A DNA stretch of 62,886 nucleotides from a virus (IMGVR_UViG_3300017971_003303:1-62886); one strand, 5' to 3'. Numbered from the stretch's first letter, positions 38,487 to 48,519 are shown. A program made the numbers and translations. The notes: generated by a model not told the origin, from the letters alone.

Positions 38487-38563
38487 TTTTAAGTTGGGTA
38501 ATATATATGTTCTAATATATATGTTTTTGGGAATACCTAAAATTATATAATTGAAAGATGAAG

Positions 38564-38751
38564 AAAATTTCCATAATAGCTTTAATAGGTTTTTTCAATT
38601 TCTTGTTAATGAAATAAGGGTTACATAATAGCTTTAATAGGTATATAAAATATATATATAAATTTTTAAAATATATATATAGATATCAAAAAACCTATTA
38701 AAGGCATTAAGAAACTTTTGATAAAAACCTATTAAAGGTATTATGGAAAAT
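38564..38751. repeat. Putative replication origin: four iterons (two direct, two inverted) around an AT-rich core
   Basis: CATAATAGCTTTAATAGGT at 38572 and 38624; inverted variants at 38693-38711 and 38727-38746; TA-repeat core at 38642-38681. Confidence 0.75.
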
Positions 38752-38931
38752 GGGGGTAAAAATGAGATTTTATGAAAATATTATGAAAAAATTGAAAATA
38801 GAGGTTTCTGAAACCCCTAAATTTAGGGGGTAGAGAGGCTCTACTCTATTATTATACTAGAGTATATATATCTTTATAAAGGTAGATTCATTAATTAAAT
38901 TAAGATAAATTAAATAAAGGAGATAAAGAAA

Positions 38932-39204
38932 ATGGAAACAAAACAAATGAATGAAGAAAGAGAGGTAAAAAAGGATGAAATTATAGTGGCTTTGAATGAG
39001 ATAAGTGATAGGATTTCACAAGTTAAGGATTCAATCTGGCAAGCAAAAATGTTGGCTAGAGAATTAGGTGGTGAGTATGAAAGAGTGATTGGTGGACAAT
39101 TAGAAGGGTACACAGAAGGCAGTATGGACGAGGAACAAAATAGAGTAGATAGATTTTGTAGAGATGTTGAGGAATATGATGATGAAGAAGGAGGTATGAT
39201 GTAA
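38932..39204 (+). CDS. Acidic hypothetical (early) protein
   Basis: AGGAG RBS; TTTATAAA at 38873. Confidence 0.6.
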   Translation: METKQMNEEREVKKDEIIVALNEISDRISQVKDSIWQAKMLARELGGEYERVIGGQLEGYTEGSMDEEQNRVDRFCRDVEEYDDEEGGMM

Positions 39205-39205
39205 A

Positions 39206-40211
39206 ATGATACAGCGAAGATATATTTGGAAAACAATGGGTGAGTTAAAAGTTAAGGTTACTTACAAAAATCACCTATTATATAATAAGGTGGTAGAATC
39301 TCCTAATGGTTGTTACATAGACCATTATAATATGGAGATTAGGGTTAAATATAATCAACCCTATAATGCCATAGAGCAAGGAAAACTACAACATATGGAT
39401 GTAGTTCAGGTAGTAGAAGAAATAAAAGAGGTGGCTGTAAAATGGTAGTGATTTTAGATAAGAAGTTGAGGAAAAAATTAGATAGTGAAAATAAGGATGA
39501 ATTTAGATTTGTCTATGATGAGATTTTGGATTGTTATGTCCCTGAATTGATTACAAATAGGGACAAAGAAGTCGACTGGGATTACTTATATGAAGTACAG
39601 AGAGATGATAAGGATATAAATGAAATGGAGGAAGAAAATGGGATACTATGAACAAGCAGAAGGAATAAATAAAGACTTGAAAGATTTATTTGGAAGTATA
39701 CCTATGAAAGAATTTACAGAAAGACAGAGAGAGATGCTATTAAATATTTTTATTAGATTTGGCCAAGTTTGTAAATTTAGATGTAGGAATAATACTGCTT
39801 ATGATAATTTTGTAAGTCAGTGTTATAAAGATATTGCAGAGGTTAAAAGGGTTAAGGCAGATGAGGATAGTGAATGGGAGACATTAAGAGCTTTTATTGG
39901 AGGTAAAAATGGGAACTGATGAAGCTATGTCTGAACTAAATAGAGTTTTGAGGGAAGCTATGGGATATAGTGGTAAATCAAAAGGTACTAGTTATTGGTA
40001 TTCAGTTGGTTGGGTTGGTAACAAGACCTTTTGCTATACCAAAAGAAGAACTCACTACAAAGGTAAGTTTGGATTTTGGAGTTGGGTAGAAACTCACTTT
40101 AAGAATGGTAAGGTGAAGAGAAGACAGTTTGCCAAGAGTGGTAGTATGATGAAAGCAGAGAAAAGAGCAGAGAAATTGTTAAAAAAGGAGAGAATGAAAA
40201 ATGGAGAATGA
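39206..40211 (+). other. Run of four small overlapping hypothetical ORFs (39206-39448, 39442-39651, ~39638-39919, ~39909-40211)
   Basis: Tightly coupled ORFs with GGAGG/GAGG RBSs; no recognisable family. Confidence 0.55.
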
Positions 40212-40301
40212 TTGGAGAGACGAAGCTAAAGCACAAGATTTAGTTGATTTAGATTTTGATATTATTTGTGCTTTGGAGAGAGATAGAATAGATAAAATTA
40301 G

Positions 40302-40327
40302 AGAGGGCTCTAGATGAGTCCTCTTTT
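40302..40327 (+). terminator. Hairpin plus short T-run upstream of the tRNA
   Basis: AGAGGGCTC-TAGAT-GAGTCCTCT-TTT. Confidence 0.45.
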
Positions 40328-40400
40328 ATCGCAGTGTGGTGTAATGGCAGCACATAGGACTCATGCTCCTAAGGTCTTGTTCGAATCAAGCATCTGCGAT
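40328..40400 (+). tRNA. tRNA with CAT anticodon (Met or Ile2), imperfect acceptor/T stems
   Basis: D arm GTGT-AATGGCA-GCAC, anticodon arm TAGGA-CTCATGC-TCCTA, T arm CTTG-TTCGAAT-CAAG, ends ATCGCAG/CTGCGAT; no encoded CCA. Confidence 0.65.
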
Positions 40401-40416
40401 TTTGGAGGTAAGAAAA

Positions 40417-40578
40417 ATGACTTGTAGACTTTCGCAAATATATACAAAATGTCCTATATGTGGTGGTATTATGAATAAGCGTAGTGGAGGAAAAAAGACA
40501 AAAACATGTAGAAATTGTTTTATAATGTATAGTAGAAAGGAGATTGATGAAATTTTAAATAAAAGGAACGTAAAATAA
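40417..40578 (+). CDS. Zinc-finger microprotein
   Basis: CPIC...CRNC; GGAGGT RBS before ATG 40417. Confidence 0.6.
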   Translation: MTCRLSQIYTKCPICGGIMNKRSGGKKTKTCRNCFIMYSRKEIDEILNKRNVK

Positions 40579-40580
40579 AA

Positions 40581-40727
40581 ATGATAAAGGAAGAAAAATA
40601 TGAATGTGAGATATGTAAGGGAAAATTTGGAATTTATGAGTTGGATTGGATTAGGTTAGATGGTGGTGAGAGGTGGTTAGTTTGTGGAAATTGTGAAGAG
40701 GAGATTAAGGAGGGATGTAAAGAATGA
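40581..40727 (+). CDS. Zinc-finger microprotein (not in ORF track)
   Basis: CEIC...CGNC; ATGA overlap with the next gene. Confidence 0.55.
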   Translation: MIKEEKYECEICKGKFGIYELDWIRLDGGERWLVCGNCEEEIKEGCKE

Positions 40728-41068
40728 GAATGTGGAATGTTAACCCAAAAATAATGTGTAGACAACATTTGTTAGGAGAACATTTAGAGATGCATATGTT
40801 TGCAGGAACTATAATAAAAGGGAAGAATATTGATGGATACATTCAAACAGGATTAGTAGAAGTTGGTAATATTAAAAGAAGGCATGATGAATTAGTTAAG
40901 GAGATGAAGGCTAGAGGATTTAATCATAAAAGTCCTTTAGCAGATTTTGAAGGGACTATTAGTGCTGGAAATGTTAATGTTGAGGAGAATATGAAAGAGT
41001 TGAGGAATAGGTGTAAGGAATGTGGAATGTTACAAATAAATGTAAGGAGGATAAAAGATGGAAAGTAA
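40724..41068 (+). CDS. Pyrimidine-dimer DNA glycosylase / endonuclease V-like protein
   Basis: MRMW.V.P..MCRQHLLGEH.E.H, RHDELVKEMKARGFNH.SP. Confidence 0.8.
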   Translation: MRMWNVNPKIMCRQHLLGEHLEMHMFAGTIIKGKNIDGYIQTGLVEVGNIKRRHDELVKEMKARGFNHKSPLADFEGTISAGNVNVEENMKELRNRCKECGMLQINVRRIKDGK

Positions 41069-41873
41069 TTTTGTACAGCAAGATTTTGAGATAGGGAATT
41101 TGGACTTGGCTGAGGTCAGACCAGTTTTTACTCAGGATAGTGATGGAAAGTATTTTGTCAGTAAGAAACATCAAGGAATTTGGAATGTTAGTAAGAATGA
41201 GCTAGCTTGTGTTGCTAGTAAAGGATATAAGTTAGTTCAACATAGAGATGCAGTGAGAGAGTTAGTAGAAGCCATGAGAAACTTGAATATTAAGTATGAC
41301 ATGGATATTAGGGAAGATGGACATAGGATTTTTGTTGATGTTGATTTTCCTGAGAGTAAGATAGAGATGAAGGAAGTTGGTGAAGAGTTTACTTGTGGTT
41401 TAAGGTTTATTAATTCATATGATAAGACTACTGGTATTTTAGTATTGGCTAGAGTTAAAAGACTGGCTTGTAGTAATGGAATGATGGTTAATAATTTTGT
41501 TCCTAGTATGTCTATAAGTCATACACAGAAGTTAGCAGAGAGAATTGGAGAAGTGATTGGTAAAGGGTTATATGATATAATTCAAGGTAGTAATGTTTTA
41601 AAAAAGTATGTTAGTGAATGTATGAAGGATAGTGTTGAGTGGAAGTTAGTTGAGGAAGTTTTTAAGAATATAGGGTTCAGAAAGAAACACATAAAAGGTA
41701 TTTTAGCGAATTTAGAAAGAAAGAGTGAAGTAACTAGATGGGAATTGTATAATGCTGTTACTGCTTATGCAACTCATGGACAACAAATTAAGCCAAGAGT
41801 TCAAAATTGGTTGTCTAATAAAGCTAAGGTTTTATTAGAGGAAGATACTCAGAAAATTTTAATTAAGAGGTAG
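41058..41873 (+). CDS. DUF932-like protein
   Basis: YKLVQH, INSYD, RLACSNGM, H, W.LYNAVT.YATH. Confidence 0.75.
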   Translation: MESNFVQQDFEIGNLDLAEVRPVFTQDSDGKYFVSKKHQGIWNVSKNELACVASKGYKLVQHRDAVRELVEAMRNLNIKYDMDIREDGHRIFVDVDFPESKIEMKEVGEEFTCGLRFINSYDKTTGILVLARVKRLACSNGMMVNNFVPSMSISHTQKLAERIGEVIGKGLYDIIQGSNVLKKYVSECMKDSVEWKLVEEVFKNIGFRKKHIKGILANLERKSEVTRWELYNAVTAYATHGQQIKPRVQNWLSNKAKVLLEEDTQKILIKR

Positions 41874-41888
41874 TAATACCTCTTTTTT
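41865..41888 (+). terminator. Hairpin plus oligo-T terminator
   Basis: AAGAGGTA-GTAA-TACCTCTT-TTTT. Confidence 0.7.
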
Positions 41889-41935
41889 GTTTTTATAATG
41901 ATGAATAGTAAATTTTATAATGGAGGTAATATAAG

Positions 41936-42163
41936 ATGAAAGAAGAGCAAGAATTTGGAGTTTGTAGATGTAAGATGTGTAAGCATTTGTATACATGTGT
42001 TAGTAGTTTAAGTCCTAAAGGTAGATGGATTTGTTGTAATTGTGGGTATAAATTTAGTGATGAATATTATAGGAAGTGGAAAGTTAGAGAAATGACTTTT
42101 AGTAATAATAAAGTTATTTTGAAAGTGGGAAGTGAGGTTCCTGAGTATTTTGGAGTAGTGTAA
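41936..42163 (+). CDS. Zinc-ribbon protein
   Basis: CKMC...CCNC; GGAGGT RBS. Confidence 0.55.
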   Translation: MKEEQEFGVCRCKMCKHLYTCVSSLSPKGRWICCNCGYKFSDEYYRKWKVREMTFSNNKVILKVGSEVPEYFGVV

Positions 42164-42164
42164 A

Positions 42165-42581
42165 ATGGTATTGGTTAAGGTTGATGATAGAGAGCCAGAT
42201 GTGGTTTTTGAGATTATGAAAGAGTTAGAGATTACTACTGTGAGATGTAGGATGGATGAAGGAGATTATGTTTGGAATGATGTTGTTGTGGAGAGGAAGA
42301 CAATTGACGATTTTTGTGGGAGCATTATTGATGGAAGGTTGAAGAATCAAGTAGAGAAGATGAGGCAGAAGTTTCCATTTATTTATGTTGTGGTTGTTGG
42401 GAATATTGGAGATAGAACGAGTGAGATTCATGAAAATTGTATTTTGGGAATGTTGGCTAGTTTGGCAGTTAAAGGTGTTCAGTTTTTGATGGTAGATAAT
42501 GAGAGACAGTTTTGTTATTTGGTTAAGAGGATATTTGAAAGATATGAGGAGGTAAGAAATGAGAAAAAAGATAATAAATAG
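42165..42581 (+). CDS. ERCC4/XPF-family structure-specific nuclease (possible resolvase)
   Basis: VDDRE, GDY, VERKT..DF..SI.DGRL..Q. Confidence 0.9.
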   Translation: MVLVKVDDREPDVVFEIMKELEITTVRCRMDEGDYVWNDVVVERKTIDDFCGSIIDGRLKNQVEKMRQKFPFIYVVVVGNIGDRTSEIHENCILGMLASLAVKGVQFLMVDNERQFCYLVKRIFERYEEVRNEKKDNK

Positions 42582-43017
42582 ATGTTTGGACATAATTAGG
42601 AGAGTTGTAGCTACTCATAATATTGGTGGTTTGAGTTATGTTGAGGAAGCATTGAGACAAGAATTAGAAAAGAATGAGTTTAGAGCTTTTGCTATTAGGA
42701 AGGCTAAGGAAGATGGCAATAGTTGTTGATATTATTGATTTTACTTGGTCTTTTTGTGGAGCTGGTTTTCATTATTTATGTTTATGGGGCTATTTTGATA
42801 TGAAATATGTTTATTTTATAATGTTGATTTATATACTTATTTTGTGTTTAGTTAATGGTATAAGATTATGTATAGAATAGGCTTATTTCCTATTTTAAGG
42901 GGTTCTAACGAGAGTTTTTTGGTTTTTAATGATATTATATATATTGGATTTTTTGTCGATTAATAATTATATAATTTAATTCATATAATTTTTAAATGTT
43001 AATAATTATTAATTATT

Positions 43018-43170
43018 ATGGGAAAAATAAAAACTGTTGCAGTTACAGAAAAACAAGCTAGGTTTATTGATGACCAAAGTAGATATTTTAACTTATCTAA
43101 GTTTGTTAGGAATGAATTAAATAAATATATAGAGTTTGTAGAGGAATATGACAAAGAGACAACTAACTGA
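43018..43170 (+). CDS. Ribbon-helix-helix DNA-binding protein (50 aa, not in ORF track)
   Basis: KIKTVAVTEKQARFID...NLSKFVRNEL; TTTTTAAA ~22 nt upstream. Confidence 0.7.
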   Translation: MGKIKTVAVTEKQARFIDDQSRYFNLSKFVRNELNKYIEFVEEYDKETTN

Positions 43171-43426
43171 TTTGGAGAAAAATATAGTTAAGAAACAAAT
43201 TAATAGGATTAGGAAGGAAATAGAACATTTATATTGGTTAGAGAGGTATAACGATTTGATGTTGGGTGAAGGTTTAAGGAGAAATTATGAGGAGAAACTT
43301 AGGGAGTTTAAACTACAAAAACACCAATTAGTTTCAGATATACATACTAAAGTTGAAAGTATTAGAGTTTTAGAGGAACAAGTAAAGAATGGTGTTGATG
43401 AAAATAAACCAAGAGGAGTTGAGTGA
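43148..43426 (+). CDS. Coiled-coil hypothetical protein
   Basis: ORF in the late operon. Confidence 0.55.
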   Translation: MTKRQLTDLEKNIVKKQINRIRKEIEHLYWLERYNDLMLGEGLRRNYEEKLREFKLQKHQLVSDIHTKVESIRVLEEQVKNGVDENKPRGVE

Positions 43427-43443
43427 AAGGAGGATATTAAAAA

Positions 43444-43914
43444 ATGGCAGATACAATTGGAATTACAAGACAGCATACGTCAAGTGAACAAAAAGATTAC
43501 ACTGTTGTTGGTAAAAAGACACCAAAAGAGTTATTTTTGAAAGAATTGTCAGAAAAAACGCAAGAATATACTAGGAAACACTTGCCTTTTGATGAGAGAT
43601 GTGCTAGACAAGATTATGAGGATAAAGTAGATAACATTATGAGGGAGTCAGAAAGAAGAAATGGATTTGTTTCTGAACAAGAATTACGTAATGTTAGTTT
43701 AGGAGATTTGGATGTATATGGAGATGAGTCTAGATTTATTGTTGGTGATGTTGATGAAGATATTGAAATGCAAAATATAAATGGAATCAGGACAGCTAGG
43801 ACTATTGGATATACTCAAAAGTTTACATGTAAGAATAGAGGTCATGGTATAAGTGTTTTTGTACCTATTGATGTATGGGAGAAAAGAAATAAAGTCAAGA
43901 AAAAGGAGGAATAG
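43444..43914 (+). CDS. Hypothetical protein
   Basis: GGAGG RBS. Confidence 0.6.
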   Translation: MADTIGITRQHTSSEQKDYTVVGKKTPKELFLKELSEKTQEYTRKHLPFDERCARQDYEDKVDNIMRESERRNGFVSEQELRNVSLGDLDVYGDESRFIVGDVDEDIEMQNINGIRTARTIGYTQKFTCKNRGHGISVFVPIDVWEKRNKVKKKEE

Positions 43915-43931
43915 GATAGGTTTACCAAAGA

Positions 43932-44369
43932 ATGAATCTTAAAGGAACTGTTAAAAATTTAAAGCCTCAGGATATTTCTAAACGTAAGGATTTTTTAGAG
44001 TTATCTGCCAAAGGTGGTGCTACAAAGAGTTGGAAGAAGGATAAATCTGCAAGACTTAGAAGTTTGTTAATGAGGAGTGATGATAAAATTGATGAAAAAG
44101 CACTACAAATGGTATTTGACGAGGAGTTTTCTGCCTATGAAATACAAAAGATAATTTCCAATTACTTGGAGAGAGATTTACCTATTAAATGGAAAATGCA
44201 ATTATTGGATAAAATGACGAAGGTTCATGCTACGTTACATGGAGTAAAGACAAAAAATACTAATGTTAATGTGAATATTGATTTTAATGAAAGATTAAAA
44301 GAGTGGAGGAAAGAATTAGAAATAGCTAAAGATGTGACAATTAGTGACAATAGAGTTGATGGGAGATAA
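43932..44369 (+). CDS. Putative terminase small subunit
   Basis: Helical, KGG motif, C-terminal NVNVNID strand; upstream of TerL. Confidence 0.45.
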   Translation: MNLKGTVKNLKPQDISKRKDFLELSAKGGATKSWKKDKSARLRSLLMRSDDKIDEKALQMVFDEEFSAYEIQKIISNYLERDLPIKWKMQLLDKMTKVHATLHGVKTKNTNVNVNIDFNERLKEWRKELEIAKDVTISDNRVDGR

Positions 44370-44491
44370 TATAAGATATTGTCCTGTACATGGATGTTTA
44401 ATGTTTCCATATTGGTTAAAATATTATTGTTCAAGATGTAGAAAATGGTGGATGGATAATGAAATTGAGGAGACTAGAATAAAGTTGAAAG

Positions 44492-44701
44492 ATGGGAAGG
44501 AGAAAAAGGAGAAGTGATGGATTACATAGTAAAGTTGTAGATTTTGTACCACACAATGATGGTGAAGGTGAACCTGATTATATACCTTATTGTACTTTTA
44601 GAAGACATGTTGGTATTGTTTTAGACAAAGATGTTTGTGAAAAAAGGCAATGTGAATATTATAGAAAATTATATATTTATGGTGTTGGGAGATTAGATTA
44701 A
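44492..44701 (+). CDS. Small Cys/His protein
   Basis: C..H...C...C pattern. Confidence 0.45.
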   Translation: MGRRKRRSDGLHSKVVDFVPHNDGEGEPDYIPYCTFRRHVGIVLDKDVCEKRQCEYYRKLYIYGVGRLD

Positions 44702-44703
44702 AA

Positions 44704-45093
44704 ATGATAACATTTGGTAGAGGTATAGTTAAAAAGGATGATGAAGGAGTATGGGAATATGTTGGTAGTATTCCTGATTATAATGATTGTGAACAAGTTG
44801 TCATTATGCGAAAATCTGATTTGGAGTTAATGATTAATACTGGTGTTGAATTGTTATTAAGCACAGGAATGGATATGGATGAAACAATGGTTAGTCAATT
44901 TCCGGACCAAGTTAGATTTACATATTCAGACACAACGTCACAAAAGTTATTTTTGGATAGGAGAGGATATAGTTTGAATTTAAAAGATATGGTATTTTTT
45001 AGGTATGTTAGTGTAGACCAATCTATTATGGAGGAAGGACCTACACCACCAAATGGTGGACCACATGAGAACGAAAATGGAACGATTGGATGA
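44704..45093 (+). CDS. Hypothetical protein
   Basis: ORF in the late operon. Confidence 0.5.
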   Translation: MITFGRGIVKKDDEGVWEYVGSIPDYNDCEQVVIMRKSDLELMINTGVELLLSTGMDMDETMVSQFPDQVRFTYSDTTSQKLFLDRRGYSLNLKDMVFFRYVSVDQSIMEEGPTPPNGGPHENENGTIG

Positions 45094-45191
45094 TTATTGT
45101 AGATATTGTGGAAGAATTTTAACTGATGAAGAAACAATACTTTGTAAGTATTGTAAAAAAAGATTTGAAATAAATATGGTTGAAGTGGAGT

Positions 45192-46493
45192 ATGGAGCAT
45201 GAAATTAATGAGTTTTGTAAATTCTGGTTTAGAGATGGTTTAAATAAGTTTGGAGTTAAGGAATTTCATAAATACCAAAAAAATTTTTTGTTACAATGTG
45301 TGAAGAATAAAAGAGTTTGTGCATTATGGAGTAGACAAAGTGGTAAGAGTTTGATGATTAGTTTATATTCTTTATATATGTGTTTGGTTAATACGAGTTT
45401 TAGAGTTTTGATGGTGGCACCAACTCAGGAGCAAAGTGCTGAGTTATATTCTAAATTAAGAAAAATTGCTTTAGGAAGTGAGCTTATAAAATCTGAAATA
45501 ATTAGTAGTAGTCAAACTGAAATTAATTTTAGGAATGGTAGTAGAGTAAAAGCTCTACCTTGTGGTCCTGAGGGAGTTACTATTAGGGGTTTGACTGCTG
45601 ATATTATTATAATTGAGGAAGCTGGTTATGTTAAAGATAGTATTGTTAATGAGGTTATTATGCCTATGATTGGAAGTGCACAAAGTTATGGTCAATGTAT
45701 TAAGATTGGAACACCAAAAGGAAAAAATCACTTTTACGAGAGTAGTTATGGAAAGGAAACAAAATATAGTTTGATTCATATACCTTATACTATTCCTTTA
45801 GATGAAGGACAATACTCTAAAGATTTTATTAATGAACAAAAAAATAATTTGACTGAACTTGAATTTAAAACTGAGTATGAGGCTGAGTTTATTGAGGATG
45901 CAGATGCATATTTTAAACAAGATTTGATTGATAGTTGTGTAGAGGATTATGTTTTGGGAGCTTATCATCCTAAGAGTATTTTTACATTGGGTGTTGATTT
46001 TGCTAGGATGGGAGAAGACGAAAGTGTATTTACTGTGGTTGAGGAGAGTATGGAAAAGGATATTAGGGTTAATTTTATAGATTCTACTTTACATAAACCA
46101 ATGACAGATGCTATTGGTAGAATTAAGGTTTTGGATGAAAAATATACGTTTCAGAAAATTTATTTGGATGAGACTGGAATGGGAGCTGGTCCTACTGATA
46201 TGTTGACAGAAGAATTAGGAGAGAGAGTTGAAGGGTTAACTTTTACTGTTAAGAGTAAACAAGATTTATATTCTAATTTGAAGAAACTTATGGAGCAAGG
46301 TAGAATTAAGATTCCTAATAATAGAAAGTTGTTGTACCAATTAGCAGATTTGAGGTATGAGGTTATGAGTAGTGGCGATTTGAAGATACATCATTCGGAG
46401 AGAGGACATGATGACTTTGCAGATTCATTGGCACTTTCTTGTTGGTATTTTAAGGAAATGGATATGGGAGAATATGAACCTTTTATTTTTTAA
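45192..46493 (+). CDS. terL: Terminase large subunit
   Basis: SRQSGKS, IIIEEA, IGTPKG.NHFY, nuclease GVDFAR, DETGMG, HDDFADS. Confidence 0.95.
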   Translation: MEHEINEFCKFWFRDGLNKFGVKEFHKYQKNFLLQCVKNKRVCALWSRQSGKSLMISLYSLYMCLVNTSFRVLMVAPTQEQSAELYSKLRKIALGSELIKSEIISSSQTEINFRNGSRVKALPCGPEGVTIRGLTADIIIIEEAGYVKDSIVNEVIMPMIGSAQSYGQCIKIGTPKGKNHFYESSYGKETKYSLIHIPYTIPLDEGQYSKDFINEQKNNLTELEFKTEYEAEFIEDADAYFKQDLIDSCVEDYVLGAYHPKSIFTLGVDFARMGEDESVFTVVEESMEKDIRVNFIDSTLHKPMTDAIGRIKVLDEKYTFQKIYLDETGMGAGPTDMLTEELGERVEGLTFTVKSKQDLYSNLKKLMEQGRIKIPNNRKLLYQLADLRYEVMSSGDLKIHHSERGHDDFADSLALSCWYFKEMDMGEYEPFIF

Positions 46494-46519
46494 TTATATA
46501 ATTTAAAACTAATGATTTA
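46491..46519 (+). promoter_or_regulatory. 29-bp late-promoter motif, copy 1
   Basis: TAATTATATAATTTAAAACTAATGATTTA, identical at 54450 and 60288. Confidence 0.8.
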
Positions 46520-46544
46520 TTAATTTATTCTAATTAAATTTTTT

Positions 46545-48518
46545 ATGGGTATCTTTGATTTCTGGAAAAAAGGAGAAGTAACGGAGAGTTATGAATATAG
46601 TCCTACACTGATTGTTGACGAACAATCAATGGCTTTGGAACAAACCAATAAACCAGTATTTCGTGGAGAAGTTGAAAAGAAAGAAAGAAATTTTCCTACT
46701 GAATTGGGTGAGGAACATCCATTTGATTTTGCTACATGTGAGGGATTATATAAGAAGTTTGGATTTATAACTGCTGTGATAGATAAGTATATTGATTTTG
46801 TAGTAGGTCCTGGATTTTATGTTGAGTGTGATGATGAAGATGCAAAGAAAATTATTGAGGATTTTATACAGGATGTTAATTTGGATGTATTATTAAGAGC
46901 ATGGTTGAAAGAGAGTTTAGTAAAGGGTAATGGGTTTATGGAAATTGGAGGTAAAAAAGATGAGTCTCCAAAAGGTATGAAAGTTTTAGATAGTAAGTAT
47001 ATGTATATTAAAAGAAATGATAAAGGTGTAGTTGACAAATATAAACAGTATGTTGGTGGATTTAAGAAGTTTGAGTCTGATAAAGTTATATCATTTGAAC
47101 CCTATGAAATTGGACATATTGGTATAAATAAAATTGGTGATTGTCCTTATGGGATTGGAATTATATCACCTGCCTTAACTATGATTAATAATTTACTACA
47201 AAATGAATCAGACTCACATACACTTATAAAGAGGAAAGCTAATAATCCATATGACGTTAAGATGGGAGGTGTTTTTGGTGGAAAATTATACAAACCAAGA
47301 CAAAGTGATGTTGATGCTTTTGGAAAGAAGTTAGAATGGTTACATAATAAACATGAATGGGTTCATGATGGATTAACAGAGATTAAAGCTTTAGACTTCG
47401 GAAATATTGGTGAGAAGTTTGAAAGTATGTTAAATCATGATGTTCAAATGTTATTTTATGCTTTTCAGATTCCACCTACTATTATGGGTATGGAGGGTGT
47501 TCCTGAGGGATTAGCTAAGGTACAAATGGATGGTTTTGAAAGAAGGATTAGTTCTATTCAAGCAGAAGCAGAAAAGGTTTTGGAAAATGACATTTTTAAA
47601 AGAGTATTATTAGCTAATGGATTAGATGTTCATGTTGAGTTTCAATGGGGCAGACCTTCTACTATTGATAAATATGATAGATTAGCTAAATTAACTGAGA
47701 TTATGAAATTGCCTACAGTTTCGGAGAGTATGAGTAAGTTGATTGAACGAGATATGGTTAAGTTATTAGATTATAATGAAAAAGAGTATGAGGAGATGAG
47801 TGAAGAAGAGGAAAGGAGACGTGAAGAGGAACGACCACAACCGATTGTCCCTGGACAGAATGAAAATCCACCACAATTTATTCCTAAAGGAGGTAAACCT
47901 AAAAAAGTTAATATGCCAGTCAAACAAGATATTTGTCCACATCACTTAGATATAAAAGAAGGTCAATATAATACAATACAAGAATGGTTAGGTTTCAACT
48001 ACAAGGATTATTTAAAGAAAATTTTAGAGGTTATTAAAGATGATGATTTTGATTTATTATCAGCTAAGACAACTACTGAAGCTGAAGCAGGAAAATTGAC
48101 TGAAAAACAAATTAATAAGTTAAAAGGAATATTAGAAAAAGGATTTAAAAGTGGTGAGAGTATGAGAAATATGGCTAAGAGAATAGATATAACTCTAGGA
48201 TTACAAGATTTGTATAGGATGAAGGATGGAAAAATTGAATTAGATAGTACAGGTGTACCTAAATTATCCAGGGGTAAGGAGAATAGAAGTATAAATATTG
48301 TTAGAAGCGAAGTTACTAGAATTGCTAATAAGGGAGCTCTAGAGCATTATAAAGAGAATGGTATTAAAAATATTAAGTGGGTAGCAAGTATTGGTAGTAG
48401 AACATGTCCTGAATGTGAATCCTTAAATGGAAGAATATATAAAATAGGAGAACAGCCTGATATACCATTACATCCAATGTGTAGGTGTACAATAGTCCCT
48501 GTTACTGAATTAGGTTAA
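46545..48518 (+). CDS. Portal protein fused to a MuF/SPP1-gp7 domain
   Basis: Portal motifs GNGFMEI, YGIGII, AFQIPP.IMG; C-terminal RSEVTR..N, RTCPEC..LNG, PLHPMCRC. Confidence 0.9.
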   Translation: MGIFDFWKKGEVTESYEYSPTLIVDEQSMALEQTNKPVFRGEVEKKERNFPTELGEEHPFDFATCEGLYKKFGFITAVIDKYIDFVVGPGFYVECDDEDAKKIIEDFIQDVNLDVLLRAWLKESLVKGNGFMEIGGKKDESPKGMKVLDSKYMYIKRNDKGVVDKYKQYVGGFKKFESDKVISFEPYEIGHIGINKIGDCPYGIGIISPALTMINNLLQNESDSHTLIKRKANNPYDVKMGGVFGGKLYKPRQSDVDAFGKKLEWLHNKHEWVHDGLTEIKALDFGNIGEKFESMLNHDVQMLFYAFQIPPTIMGMEGVPEGLAKVQMDGFERRISSIQAEAEKVLENDIFKRVLLANGLDVHVEFQWGRPSTIDKYDRLAKLTEIMKLPTVSESMSKLIERDMVKLLDYNEKEYEEMSEEEERRREEERPQPIVPGQNENPPQFIPKGGKPKKVNMPVKQDICPHHLDIKEGQYNTIQEWLGFNYKDYLKKILEVIKDDDFDLLSAKTTTEAEAGKLTEKQINKLKGILEKGFKSGESMRNMAKRIDITLGLQDLYRMKDGKIELDSTGVPKLSRGKENRSINIVRSEVTRIANKGALEHYKENGIKNIKWVASIGSRTCPECESLNGRIYKIGEQPDIPLHPMCRCTIVPVTELG

Positions 48519-48519
48519 A

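Noticed and set aside
40363-40416. N-terminal extension of ORF 40363-40578
   Set aside because: Overlaps the tRNA; ATG 40417 has a GGAGGT RBS
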